Assembly (NCBI GenBank): GCA_963803165.1
Contig: CAWDLK010000008.1
Location: 8,790 to 72,789, forward strand
Length of the DNA stretch: 64,000 bases
Direction: 5' to 3'
DNA from: an uncultured Chloroflexia bacterium
Lineage (GTDB): Bacteria; Chloroflexota; Dormibacteria; Aeolococcales; Aeolococcaceae
Both the position numbers and the translations under genes were made by a program. Position 1 is the first letter of the stretch. Each line of letters starts with the position of its first letter. The notes beneath the pieces are model-generated. The model did not search any database, was not told the DNA's origin, and worked only from the letters and a program-made list of their open reading frames with translations. Of this stretch, positions 47,476-56,260 are shown one piece after another.

Positions 47476-48297
47476 TCAGCCGTCCCGCCGCTTGCGGGCG
47501 GTGACCAGCCTGTGCTGGGGCAGCGCCCGCGCGGCCACGGAGTCAACCGGTAGCGGCCAGCGGCCGTAGTGGGCATCGGCGGCTCCGCACTGGCTCAGGG
47601 TGGCCTCCCAACCCAGAGCGTCCAGGTAGGCCCCGGGGTCGTCGATGGTGCCGATCCAGGGGGCGTCGGCAGCGGCCTGCATCTCGATCCAGGGCCGGGT
47701 CACCGGGTGGGTGAACACGGCCCGGTCCGGGATGTCGAACCCCAGCACGCTCCCCCGCGCCGCCAGCCCTGATACCCGTCCCAGCAGGGCGGCGATCGCC
47801 TTGGCGTCGAGATAGAAGAGGAATCCCTCGGCCAGCCAAGCGGCAGGGACATGGGGGTCGAGACCCGCGCCGACCAGCTGGTCCGGCCAGCGGTCCTCAC
47901 TCAGGTCCGTGCAGAGGCGGACGAGTCGGGCGCAGCGCGCGGCCGTGCCACCGAGCACCTTCTCCTTCTGATGGATCACCTCGGGCTGGTCCACCTCGAA
48001 GACCGAGGTGCCACCCGACCAGGCCAACCGGAAGGCGCGGGTGTCCAGGCCGGCGCCGAGCAGCACCACCTGGGGGACTCCACCGGCGGTGGTGGCGCGC
48101 AACAGGAAGTCGTCGAAGTAGCGGGTGCGCACGATCATCGGAGCAAGCCCCTCGGGGGCGCGCGCCTCCGCCCACCGGCAGCCCTCCTCACCGGCGAGGT
48201 CGGCCGCCCACGGATCGCTGAAGAGAGCGTCCTTGCGGCTCGTCTCGACCGCGCGAGCCGCCGCGGTCCAGCGCGCCGTCGCTCCGATGTCCGTCAT
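47476..48297 (-). CDS. SAM-dependent methyltransferase (TIGR00027 / leucine carboxyl methyltransferase-like)
   Basis: ARWTAAARA.E..R.DALF.DPWA, RTRYFDDFL, VVLLGAGLDTRAFRL, FEVDQPEV. Confidence 0.8.
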   Translation of the reverse strand: MTDIGATARWTAAARAVETSRKDALFSDPWAADLAGEEGCRWAEARAPEGLAPMIVRTRYFDDFLLRATTAGGVPQVVLLGAGLDTRAFRLAWSGGTSVFEVDQPEVIHQKEKVLGGTAARCARLVRLCTDLSEDRWPDQLVGAGLDPHVPAAWLAEGFLFYLDAKAIAALLGRVSGLAARGSVLGFDIPDRAVFTHPVTRPWIEMQAAADAPWIGTIDDPGAYLDALGWEATLSQCGAADAHYGRWPLPVDSVAARALPQHRLVTARKRRDG

Positions 48298-48310
48298 GGC
48301 TCGCTCCTCC

Positions 48311-48964
48311 TCAGATCATCCGGCGGTCCATGGCCCAGCGGGTCAGCTCGTAGCGGCTGCTGAGCTGGAGCTTGCGCAGCACCGAGGAGACGTGGGTCTC
48401 CACCGTCTTGGCGGAGAGATTGAGCCGCACCCCGATCTCCTTGTAGGTGAAGCCGCGGGCGATGTGGCGGAGCACCTCGCGCTCGCGCGGGGTGAGCTGA
48501 TCCATCTCGGGATCGATGCTGGTGGGCAGCTCGCCCCGGAACGCGTCGAGGACGAAGCCCGCCAGGCGGGGCGAGAAGACCGCGTCACCGCCGTGGACGC
48601 GCCGGATGGCGTCGGCGAGTTCGGTGGGGGAGATCGACTTGGTGACGTATCCATGGGCCCCCGCCCGGATCACCCCGATCACGTCCTCGGGCGCGTCGGA
48701 GACCGAGATGGCCAAGAAGCGGGTCCCTCCGGCTCCCCGCCGGGTGATCGCGTCCGCCACCGTGGCACCCCCGCCGCCGGGGAGGTGCACGTCGAGGAGG
48801 ACGACCTCGGGCTGGAGGGCCACGATGCCCGCCACCGCCTGGTCCACGTCCCCGGCCTCGCCGACGATCTCGAACTCGTCCTCCAGCTCGGCCCGGAGCC
48901 CACTGCGGAAGAGCTGGTGATCGTCGACGATGAAGACGCGCGTGCGCGGCGCCGTGGATCTCAT
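48311..48964 (-). CDS. LuxR/NarL-family response regulator
   Basis: RVFIVDDHQLFRSG, LLDVHLPGGGG, C-terminal HTH (LTPREREVLRHIARGFTYKEIGVRLNLSAKTVETHV). The ATG overlaps the kinase stop (ATGA). Confidence 0.9.
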   Translation of the reverse strand: MRSTAPRTRVFIVDDHQLFRSGLRAELEDEFEIVGEAGDVDQAVAGIVALQPEVVLLDVHLPGGGGATVADAITRRGAGGTRFLAISVSDAPEDVIGVIRAGAHGYVTKSISPTELADAIRRVHGGDAVFSPRLAGFVLDAFRGELPTSIDPEMDQLTPREREVLRHIARGFTYKEIGVRLNLSAKTVETHVSSVLRKLQLSSRYELTRWAMDRRMI

Positions 48965-50239
48965 GGGGCCGATCTGGGCAGCTCGAGGTGGACCTCGGTG
49001 CCCGTGCCGGGCTTGCTGGTGATCGTCGCGGTGCCCCCGTGGCGGCGCATCCGCCCGATCACCGACTGGGCGATGCCGCGGCGATCGGCGGGCACTGTGT
49101 CGACGTCGAAGCCGGAGCCCTCGTCGCGGACGTAGGCGGTGATGCCGTCGGTGTCGGCCTCCACGTAGATCGACACCCGCGGCGCGCCGGAATGCCGGGC
49201 GGCGTTGACCGCCGCCTCCTGGCAGGCGAGCAGGAGCGCCTCCTCGTGCTCGCCCACGACACCGTCGCCCACCACCACCGTGTCGACGGCGACGTGATGG
49301 AGCTGCTCGACCCGGGAGGCGAGGGCGTCGACCGCGCCGCGCAGGTCCTGGGGCTCGGAGGGGGTCGGCCGGTGGTCGAGCCAGGCGCGCAGCTCCCGCT
49401 CCTGGCGCCGGGCCAGCGCGGCGACATCGGCGGGGTCGTCGCTGCGCTGGATGAGGGCCAGGGTGTGGAGCACCGAGTTCGTGCAGGTGGGCGGCGATCT
49501 CCGCCCGCTCCTCGGAGCGGACCCGCTGGCGGCGCTCCTCACCGGCATCACGGGCGAGGCGGAGGATCCACGGGCCGAAGATCAGGCCCAGGCCGGCGGC
49601 GGTCACCAGGACCGCCAGCAGCGCGGTCCGGGCGGAGGCCAGGGCCTGGTTGGCGACCAGGAAGATCGCCATGCCGGCGGCGATGAGCAGCGCGCCACCG
49701 GCGATGCGGAGCGGGGAGACCTGGCTGCCGAGGACGGTGATCGCCGAGCTGCCGGGGAGCCGCTCGCTGAGCCGGCTCCAGCGCTGCCGGTCCACCGGGT
49801 CGGTGCGAGCCCAGATCAGGGCGGAGCCGGCGGCGGCCAGCGCGACCGGCCAGGCGACCGCGTCAGCGAACCAGATCCCGGCGCCCCGCAGGAACAGCAT
49901 GCTGCCCGCCACGATGCAGGCCACCGCGGCGATCTGGCGGTTGCGCGGCCGTCTCCGGACGGGCGTGGGCGGTGCCGAGGCGTCAGGCTCGCTGCTCACT
50001 GCCCACAGCACCAGGTAGAGGACGACCCCGGTGCCCCCCGCCACGGTGAGGACGGCCAGGCTGAGCCGGATCAGCAGCGGGTCGAGCCCCAGCGCCTCGG
50101 CCAGCCCTCCTGCGGTGCCGGTCAGGACCCGGTCGCTGCGGCTGCGGGCCAGGAAGCGGTAGCTGTGCGGCCCGGACGGGCGGGTCCCGGCGCGATGGCC
50201 GGACCCTCCGCGGGCGTCGTGCGTGGCGGTCGCGCTCAC
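48961..50239 (-). CDS. PspC-domain sensor histidine kinase (HisKA_3/HATPase_c), frame broken by 1 nt at 49478-49479
   Basis: The N-terminal part (PspC motif RSRSDRVLTGTAGGLAEALGLDP, TM helices, ...EERAEIAAHLH) is in the frame of ORF 48311..50239. The H-box continues as (D)SVLHTLALIQR... plus an ATPase domain in ORF 48961..49551. Confidence 0.75.
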
Positions 50240-50445
50240 CGTGCCAAGCGTGACACGCGGCGTGGCGGATGCACATCGGGCCCTCCCCGGAGAGATCCCG
50301 GAGGAGGTGAGGGATTCTCCAGGGACTCCCCGGATGGCGCACCCGCATCGAGAGGTTCACCGTGGACGGCGACCGGAAGGCGCGGGCGACGGTGTCACCG
50401 CCGCAGGCCCGCCCCTGGAGGGTCGCAAGATCCAGGAGACCGACG

Positions 50446-52134
50446 ATGGAGCAGACACCCGGCCAGCAGGACCCCGCCCCGCCCGGCGCACCGCCGGTGG
50501 GGGAGGCGCCACCCGGCGGAGCCGTGCCGCCTCCTCCCTGGGACGTCCCCCCGGCCGGTGGAGCGGTGCCGCCGCCGTACGGGCGCCGCCTCTACCGCCC
50601 GCGCAACGACCGGGTGGTGGCCGGTGTCGCCGCCGGGCTTGCCGTGCACATGGAGCTGGACCCCATCTGGGTCCGGCTGGCCTTCGTCCTCTTCACCTTC
50701 TTCGGAGGTCTGGGCGTCGTCCTCTACATCATCGGCTGGGTGCTCATGCCCTCCGTCGACAGCTATCCGGTGGGGGCGATGCCGCCGCCGCCCCTCGGCC
50801 GGCTCCACCGGCTGCGGAGCGACCGCGTCGTCGCCGGCGTCGCCTCCGGCCTGGGCGCCCACATGGGCGTGGACCCGGTCTGGATCCGGCTCGGCTTCGT
50901 GGTCCTCACCTTCTTCGGGGGCATCGGGCTCATTGCCTACATCGCCCTCTGGGTGCTGATGCCCTCCGCCGACGGCGTCCCCGTGGTCGGAGCCTCCCCC
51001 GGAGGACGCGGGACGGGCGCCGACCTGCGCATCATCGCCGGGGCCTTCTTCCTGATCGCGGCCGTGCTGGTCCTGGCCGGCAACTTCGACTTCCACGACT
51101 CGGGGCTGGTCTGGGGCGCGGCCCTGATCGGCATCGGCCTGCTCTTCCTGGTCGGCGACAGCTGGCCGGGCCGGGAACCGGCCGGAGCTCCCGCCGGTCC
51201 CCTCGACGGCGGCCCCGGGAGCGGGTTCACCCCGGCTGCCTCGGGCACGGGGACGGCCACCTCCGCGACCCCACCCACGCCCCCCATCGGCCAGGCGTAC
51301 TCGACCGCGGCCCCGTACTCGTACGCGCCGCCCGCCTACACGCCGCCCGCCTACACGCCACCCGCCTACCGCCCCTACGCCTCCCCGTACGGGTACGCGG
51401 CGCAGCCCTACGCCGCGCCGGCCGCCTGGACCGGGAGCGCGGTGCGGTCCCGCGGCCCCCGGCTCGGGACCCTGGGGATCGCCGCCGCGGTCCTCGCGAT
51501 CGGCGTCGCCCTCCTCCTCCAGAGCGCCGGGGCCATCCATCTCACCCTGGCGATCGCCTTCGGGATCGTCTTCGTGGTGCTCGGCGCCACCCTCGTCCTC
51601 GGGGCGCGGTTCGGACGCGCTCCGCTCCTCGTCGTCCTCGGCGTCTGCCTGCTCCCCTTCGCGGCCGCGGCGGTGCTCGTCCCCGAGCCGCTGAGCGGGG
51701 GGGCGGGGAGCATCCGCTTCGCGCCCCAGACCCTCTCCACGCTCCGGCCGACGTACCGGCTGGCCGCCGGGCAGCTGACCGTCGACCTCAGCGGGGTGGA
51801 CCTCGGCGGGGGCAGCGCCACCGTCACCTCGAGCGTGGCGCTCGGCCAGCTGGTGGTCGTCGTCCCGGCGAACGCCACCGTGGACGTGACCACCAAGGTC
51901 GGAGCGGGGGAGACCAGCGTGCTGGGTCGGATCGTCTCGGGCGTGCAGATCTCCTCCAGTGTCGAGACGGCGACCGGCTACACCCCCACCGGCACCCTCA
52001 CCCTCAACCTGAGCGTGGGCTGCGGGCAGATCACCGTCGAGACCGGCAGCGCGGACGTGCAGACGCAGGCCGGCGGCGGGCCGGCGTCGGTGGCCGACGC
52101 CGGGAGCTTCCGCCGTCTCTCGGGAGGACACTGA
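50446..52134 (+). CDS. Membrane protein with two PspC domains and a LiaF-like C-terminal domain
   Basis: AGGAG lies 8 nt before ATG 50446. RNDRVVAGVAAGLAVHMELDP and RSDRVVAGVASGLGAHMGVDP motifs, several TM helices, a PPAYTPPAYTPPAY tract and a beta-rich tail. Confidence 0.75.
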   Translation: MEQTPGQQDPAPPGAPPVGEAPPGGAVPPPPWDVPPAGGAVPPPYGRRLYRPRNDRVVAGVAAGLAVHMELDPIWVRLAFVLFTFFGGLGVVLYIIGWVLMPSVDSYPVGAMPPPPLGRLHRLRSDRVVAGVASGLGAHMGVDPVWIRLGFVVLTFFGGIGLIAYIALWVLMPSADGVPVVGASPGGRGTGADLRIIAGAFFLIAAVLVLAGNFDFHDSGLVWGAALIGIGLLFLVGDSWPGREPAGAPAGPLDGGPGSGFTPAASGTGTATSATPPTPPIGQAYSTAAPYSYAPPAYTPPAYTPPAYRPYASPYGYAAQPYAAPAAWTGSAVRSRGPRLGTLGIAAAVLAIGVALLLQSAGAIHLTLAIAFGIVFVVLGATLVLGARFGRAPLLVVLGVCLLPFAAAAVLVPEPLSGGAGSIRFAPQTLSTLRPTYRLAAGQLTVDLSGVDLGGGSATVTSSVALGQLVVVVPANATVDVTTKVGAGETSVLGRIVSGVQISSSVETATGYTPTGTLTLNLSVGCGQITVETGSADVQTQAGGGPASVADAGSFRRLSGGH

Positions 52135-52448
52135 TGGGCGGCCATCGGACCAGCTGGGGCTCACTCGCCTTCGGCCTCGTCTTCGTCGGGGTCGGCGCTC
52201 TGCTGCTCACCAACGGGGTGAACCTCGCCACCCGTCTCGACTGGGTCGGGCCGATCTTCCTCATCGTGGTGGCCTTCTGTCTGATCGCCTCCGCGGTGGC
52301 CGACCGGCCCCGTCCGGCGGCCGGCGCGCCATGGTCGTCTCCCGCCCCCGTGCCGACACCGGCGGCGTTCCCTGCCCCCGGCTCCGCGCCCGAGACGCAC
52401 GACCCCGTGTCTCCGCCCGCCGAGGACGCGGACTGGCCCTCGAGCTGA
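52134..52448 (+). CDS. Small two-TM membrane protein
   Basis: ATG shares a base with the upstream stop (TGATG). MGGHRTSWGSLAFGLVFVGVGALLL...IFLIVVAFCLIASAV. Confidence 0.5.
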   Translation: MGGHRTSWGSLAFGLVFVGVGALLLTNGVNLATRLDWVGPIFLIVVAFCLIASAVADRPRPAAGAPWSSPAPVPTPAAFPAPGSAPETHDPVSPPAEDADWPSS

Positions 52449-52470
52449 TCCCCACTCTCGCTCCCCATCC

Positions 52471-52479
52471 TGGTACGAT
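52471..52479 (+). promoter_or_regulatory. Extended -10 (TGGTACGAT), 8 nt before the aro leader ATG
   Basis: TGnTAnnnT pattern. The spacing suggests a leaderless or near-leaderless leader-peptide transcript. Confidence 0.35.
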
Positions 52480-52487
52480 CCCTCGCG

Positions 52488-52574
52488 ATGTTCGCGATCG
52501 CGTCGCGGTTCTACTTCTACTTCGAGTACGCCACATCGGCCCCAGGGCCGGTGCGGGTGCTGCTGAGCAAGTAG
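52488..52574 (+). CDS. Phe/Tyr-rich leader peptide upstream of DAHP synthase (28 aa)
   Basis: Below the track's size cut-off. ATG 52488 gives MFAIASRFYFYFEYATSAPGPVRVLLSK and then TAG. Six of the seven residues 8-14 are Phe or Tyr. Confidence 0.5.
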   Translation: MFAIASRFYFYFEYATSAPGPVRVLLSK

Positions 52575-52586
52575 TCCCTGCGCCGA

Positions 52587-52617
52587 GATCCGGGAGGCCG
52601 AGAGGCCGTTCCGGATC
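52587..52617 (+). promoter_or_regulatory. GC-rich hairpin (candidate attenuator) between the leader peptide and aroG-CM
   Basis: GATCCGGGAGGCC-GAGA-GGCCGTTCCGGATC: outer 7 bp plus inner 4 bp with a small internal loop. No U-tract. Confidence 0.35.
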
Positions 52618-52660
52618 CGAGCGAGCCGGGCCGGTCCTCACACAACCCCTGGAGGCACCG

Positions 52661-53767
52661 ATGCTCACCGATCTGCTCAAGCCCATAACCTCGTCGCCGG
52701 TGCGGCGGCGGGTCGCCATCGGCGACGTGGTGTTCGGCGGTCCGGCGGTCCCCGTCATCGCCGGTCCCTGCGCCGTGGAGCCCGGCTACCTCGGCCACGC
52801 CCAGGCCATGCGCGACGCCGGCGCGTCGGCGCTCCGGGCCAGCATCTTCAAGCCCCGCACCCGGCCGGACGCCTTCCAGGGGATGGGGGAGGAGGGTCTC
52901 GCCCTGGTGGAGAGCGCGCGCGCCCTGACCGGCAAGCCGATCCTGGTCGAGCCGCTCTCCGTCGAGCACGTGGAGATGCTCACCGGCCGCGTCGACGCCT
53001 TCATGATCGGCGCGCGCTCGATGCAGAACACCCCGCTGCTGCGGGCGGCCGGCCGTTCCGGTCTCCCGGTCGTGCTCAAGCGGGGCATGGCGGCCACCTA
53101 CGACGAGTGGCTGGCGGCGGCCGAGTACATCCTCGCCGAGGACAACCCCAAGGTGATCCTCTGCGAGCGGGGGATCCGCACCTTCGAGACGGCGACCCGC
53201 AACACCCTCGACGTCTCCGCGGTCCCGGTCCTGCGCGAGCGCACCCCACTGCCGGTGATCGTCGACCCGAGCCATGCGGCCGGTCGCGCGGACTGGGTCC
53301 CCGCCCTGGCGCTGGCGGCGGTCGCCGCCGGCGCTGACGGGCTCCTGATCGAATCCCACCCGGTGCCCGCCGAGTCCTGGAGCGATGCCGCCCAGGCCAT
53401 CACCCCTGAGACCCTGGAGGCGATCATCGCCGGGGCGGCCGTGCTCGCGCCGATGCTGCGCGGGCATCAGGCCGCCGAGCTCGCCGAGCATCGCCAGATC
53501 ATCAACTCCCTGGACCTCGCACTGGGCGCCGTGCTCCAGAGCCGTGCCGCGGCGGTCGACGCCGTGCAGCGGGACAAGCGGCGGACCGGCCTGGCCGTCC
53601 GCGATCCGGGGCGCGAGCAGGAGGTGATCGCCCACGTCGCGAGCCGGGTCCCCCGGCTCACCGGCGATGCCGTCGGCCGGGTGATGACCGCGGTGATCGA
53701 CGGCTGCGTCGAGGCCGCCGAGCGCTCCGCGGCCGCCGAGGGGGTGGCGGAGGCGGTGCCCGGCTGA
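52661..53767 (+). CDS. Bifunctional 3-deoxy-7-phosphoheptulonate (DAHP) synthase (type I-beta) with C-terminal chorismate-mutase-like domain
   Basis: GGAGG lies 5 nt before the ATG. VIAGPCAVE, KPRT, VIVDPSHA. The last ~90 aa (LAEHRQIINSLDLALGAVLQSRAAAVDAVQRDKRRTGLAVRDPGREQEVI) look like an AroQ-type mutase. Confidence 0.8.
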   Translation: MLTDLLKPITSSPVRRRVAIGDVVFGGPAVPVIAGPCAVEPGYLGHAQAMRDAGASALRASIFKPRTRPDAFQGMGEEGLALVESARALTGKPILVEPLSVEHVEMLTGRVDAFMIGARSMQNTPLLRAAGRSGLPVVLKRGMAATYDEWLAAAEYILAEDNPKVILCERGIRTFETATRNTLDVSAVPVLRERTPLPVIVDPSHAAGRADWVPALALAAVAAGADGLLIESHPVPAESWSDAAQAITPETLEAIIAGAAVLAPMLRGHQAAELAEHRQIINSLDLALGAVLQSRAAAVDAVQRDKRRTGLAVRDPGREQEVIAHVASRVPRLTGDAVGRVMTAVIDGCVEAAERSAAAEGVAEAVPG

Positions 53768-54675
53768 TGGGAGGGGAGGCGCCGCCGCCGGCCATCGCCG
53801 TCGAGGACCTGCGCAAGTCCTACGGCTCGGTGCAGGCGGTGCGCGGCGTGAGCTTTCGCGTGGAGCCGGGCGAGGTGTTCGGCCTGCTCGGTCCCAACGG
53901 CGCCGGCAAGACCACCATCGTGGAGATCCTCGAGGGCTACCGCCATCGCAACTCGGGGAGGGTGGAGGTGCTGGGCGAGGACCCGCAGAGCGCAGGCCGC
54001 GGCCTCCGGCAGCGGGTGGGGATGGTCCTCCAGGAGTGCGCGGTCGAGCCCTATCTCACCGTGCGCGAGGTGGTCGACCTCCACCGCGGCTACTACCCCG
54101 CGCCGCTCGTCACCGGTGACGTGGTGGAGCTGGTCGGCCTGGCCGAGAAGGCGGATGTCCGGGTCAAGAAGCTCTCCGGCGGCCAGCAGCGCCGCCTCGA
54201 TCTCGCCCTGGGGCTGATCGGGGACCCGGTGCTGCTCTTCCTCGACGAGCCGACCACCGGATTCGACCCGTCGGCGCGGCGCAACGCCTGGGAGGTGGTG
54301 CGCAGCATGAGGAGCCTGGGCAAGACCATCCTGCTGACCACCCATTACATGGACGAGGCCCAGAACCTCACCGACCGCGTCTGCGTGGTCAGCGCGGGGG
54401 AGGTGGTCCGCATCGGCACCCCCTCCAGCCTGCGCGCGGAACGGGCCGAGACCAGGATCCAGTTCGTCCGGCCCGCCGGGGTGGACGTCCCCGCGGTGGG
54501 CGAGGTCGTCCCCGGTGCCGAGGACGGAATGCTGGCGATGCTGACCGACACCCCCACCCGGGCCCTCCAGGAGCTGACCGCATGGGCCGTGGCGCGGGGC
54601 CTCGATCTGGAGCGGTTGGAGGTCAGCCAGCCGTCGCTGGAGGACGTCTACCTGGAGCTGACCGGCGGTGAGTGA
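53767..54675 (+). CDS. ABC-2-type exporter ATP-binding protein
   Basis: GPNGAGKTT, LSGGQQRRLDLA, LLFLDEPTTGFD. ATG overlaps the upstream stop (TGATG). Confidence 0.85.
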   Translation: MGGEAPPPAIAVEDLRKSYGSVQAVRGVSFRVEPGEVFGLLGPNGAGKTTIVEILEGYRHRNSGRVEVLGEDPQSAGRGLRQRVGMVLQECAVEPYLTVREVVDLHRGYYPAPLVTGDVVELVGLAEKADVRVKKLSGGQQRRLDLALGLIGDPVLLFLDEPTTGFDPSARRNAWEVVRSMRSLGKTILLTTHYMDEAQNLTDRVCVVSAGEVVRIGTPSSLRAERAETRIQFVRPAGVDVPAVGEVVPGAEDGMLAMLTDTPTRALQELTAWAVARGLDLERLEVSQPSLEDVYLELTGGE

Positions 54676-55468
54676 CCTGACCATCAGCCTCCACCAGGTG
54701 CGCGCCGAGCAGCGCGGCTTCTGGCGCAACCCCACCGCGGCGTTCTTCGGCTTCGCCTTCCCGATCATGTTCCTGCTCATCTTCGGCACCATCTTCAAAG
54801 GGCAGAGGGAGTGCATCGACGGAACCTTCGACGCGAGGGGTCAGTGCGTCGGAGGCTCCCTGGTCCCCTACAACACCTTCTTCGTCCCGGCCATGGCGGC
54901 CTGGGGCGTGATCACCACCTGCTACGTCAACCTTTCCATGGGCCTCTGCATCCGCCGCGATGCCGGGCTGCTCAAGCGGATGCGCGGCACGCCGATGCCG
55001 GTCGCGGCGATGGTGGTCGGAGTGGTCGTCTCCGCGCTGGTCACCGCGGTTATCCTGGTGGCGCTGACCGCGGCGGCCGGGCACGTCCTCTACGCCGCCC
55101 CCTGGCCGGTGCACTGGCTGCCCACCGCCGTCACCGTGATCCTGGGCGGCGTCGTCTTCTGCGTGCTGGGCATGGCCATCACGGTGGTGATCCCCAACGC
55201 CGATGCCGCCATCGCCGTGATCAACATCAGCTACCTGCCGCTGCTCTTCATCTCCGGTTTCTTCTTCAGCTTCCGCAACACCGTCCTCAACGACATCGCA
55301 ACCGTCTTCCCCATCTACTGGTTCAAGGAGGCGATGGTCACCGCCTTCGGCGCCAAGCCGTCCGCGGGCGGGTGGGACGATGAGGACCTGCTGGTGCTGC
55401 TGGCCTGGGGGGCGGGCGCCCTCCTGGTGGCGCTCCGCTTCTTCCGCTGGATGCCGCGCCGGGCCTGA
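54668..55468 (+). CDS. ABC-2-type exporter permease
   Basis: Six-TM protein. Overlaps the ATPase gene by 8 nt. Confidence 0.75.
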   Translation: MSDLTISLHQVRAEQRGFWRNPTAAFFGFAFPIMFLLIFGTIFKGQRECIDGTFDARGQCVGGSLVPYNTFFVPAMAAWGVITTCYVNLSMGLCIRRDAGLLKRMRGTPMPVAAMVVGVVVSALVTAVILVALTAAAGHVLYAAPWPVHWLPTAVTVILGGVVFCVLGMAITVVIPNADAAIAVINISYLPLLFISGFFFSFRNTVLNDIATVFPIYWFKEAMVTAFGAKPSAGGWDDEDLLVLLAWGAGALLVALRFFRWMPRRA

Positions 55469-55480
55469 CCCGCCGGTGGG

Positions 55481-56083
55481 TCAGACGCCGCTCGGGACCC
55501 GCCTGAGCCCCTCGTACAGGGCCCGCCGGGCCCGTCCCCAGACCGCGTCGGCGGAGTCGCCGGCCGGCAGCCAGCCCAACAGCTCGAGGCTGGTCAGGCC
55601 GTGGACCTGACCGAAGAAGATGGTGGCCAGGCTGAGCGGGTCACCCTCCAGCTCGCCCGCGTCGACGCACCGCCCCACCGCCTCGACCAGCGCGCCGAAG
55701 GTGCCCATGGCGATGGTCCGGGTCTCCTCACCGGGGACGAACTCGGGGAACGGCTCGCCGAACATCAGGTCGTACAGGTGCGGGTTGGCCCGGGCGTTGG
55801 CCTTGAAGGCGTCCCCGAGGGCGCTGAGGTCGGCGAGCGGGTCGTCCGTCCGCCCCAGCCTGGCGATGCGCCCGGCGAAGCGCCGGAAGCCCTCCCGGAA
55901 CATCTCGTCGACCAGCCCCCACTTGTCCCCGAAGAGGCTGTAGACGGCGGAGGGGGAGGTGCCCGCCCGCTCGGCCAGGCGGCGGACGGTCAGTGCCGCG
56001 GGGCCCTCCTCGGCCAGCAGCCGGCCGCCCTCGTCGAGCAGGCGGAGGCGGAGCTTGTCGTCATGGGTCCTCGGTCTGGCCAC
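55481..56083 (-). CDS. TetR/AcrR-family transcriptional regulator
   Basis: N-terminal HTH LTVRRLAERAGTSPSAVYSLFGDKWGL. GTG start at 56083. Confidence 0.85.
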   Translation of the reverse strand: MARPRTHDDKLRLRLLDEGGRLLAEEGPAALTVRRLAERAGTSPSAVYSLFGDKWGLVDEMFREGFRRFAGRIARLGRTDDPLADLSALGDAFKANARANPHLYDLMFGEPFPEFVPGEETRTIAMGTFGALVEAVGRCVDAGELEGDPLSLATIFFGQVHGLTSLELLGWLPAGDSADAVWGRARRALYEGLRRVPSGV

Positions 56084-56142
56084 TTGACACAGTGTATCCG
56101 AACGTGGTTCTATAACGACGTTTCAAATCATTGTTCTGAAAC
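56084..56142. promoter_or_regulatory. AT-rich divergent promoter/operator region between the TetR gene and the ABC-2 exporter
   Basis: TACACT (minus strand, 56096-56091) ends 7 nt before the TetR GTG. Inverted repeat GTTTCA (56120-56125) / TGAAAC (56137-56142). GAAC-GTG-GTTC at 56100-56110. Confidence 0.35.
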
Positions 56143-56260
56143 CCCGCCCACCCCTCAGGAGGCGTCGATGGCCAGCCCGGTTCCCGCGGTCCGACCCCAT
56201 GCATCACCCCCTATGATTCGCCCCGAGCCGATGCCCGCCGGATCGAGGCTGGGAGGAGAT

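Noticed and set aside
48311-50239. 642-aa ORF spanning the kinase and the response regulator.
   Set aside because: It is a chimera. The kinase N-terminus is in the true frame, the middle is out-of-frame sequence after the 49478 frameshift, and the end happens to join the regulator's frame. It was split into kinase (frameshifted) and regulator.
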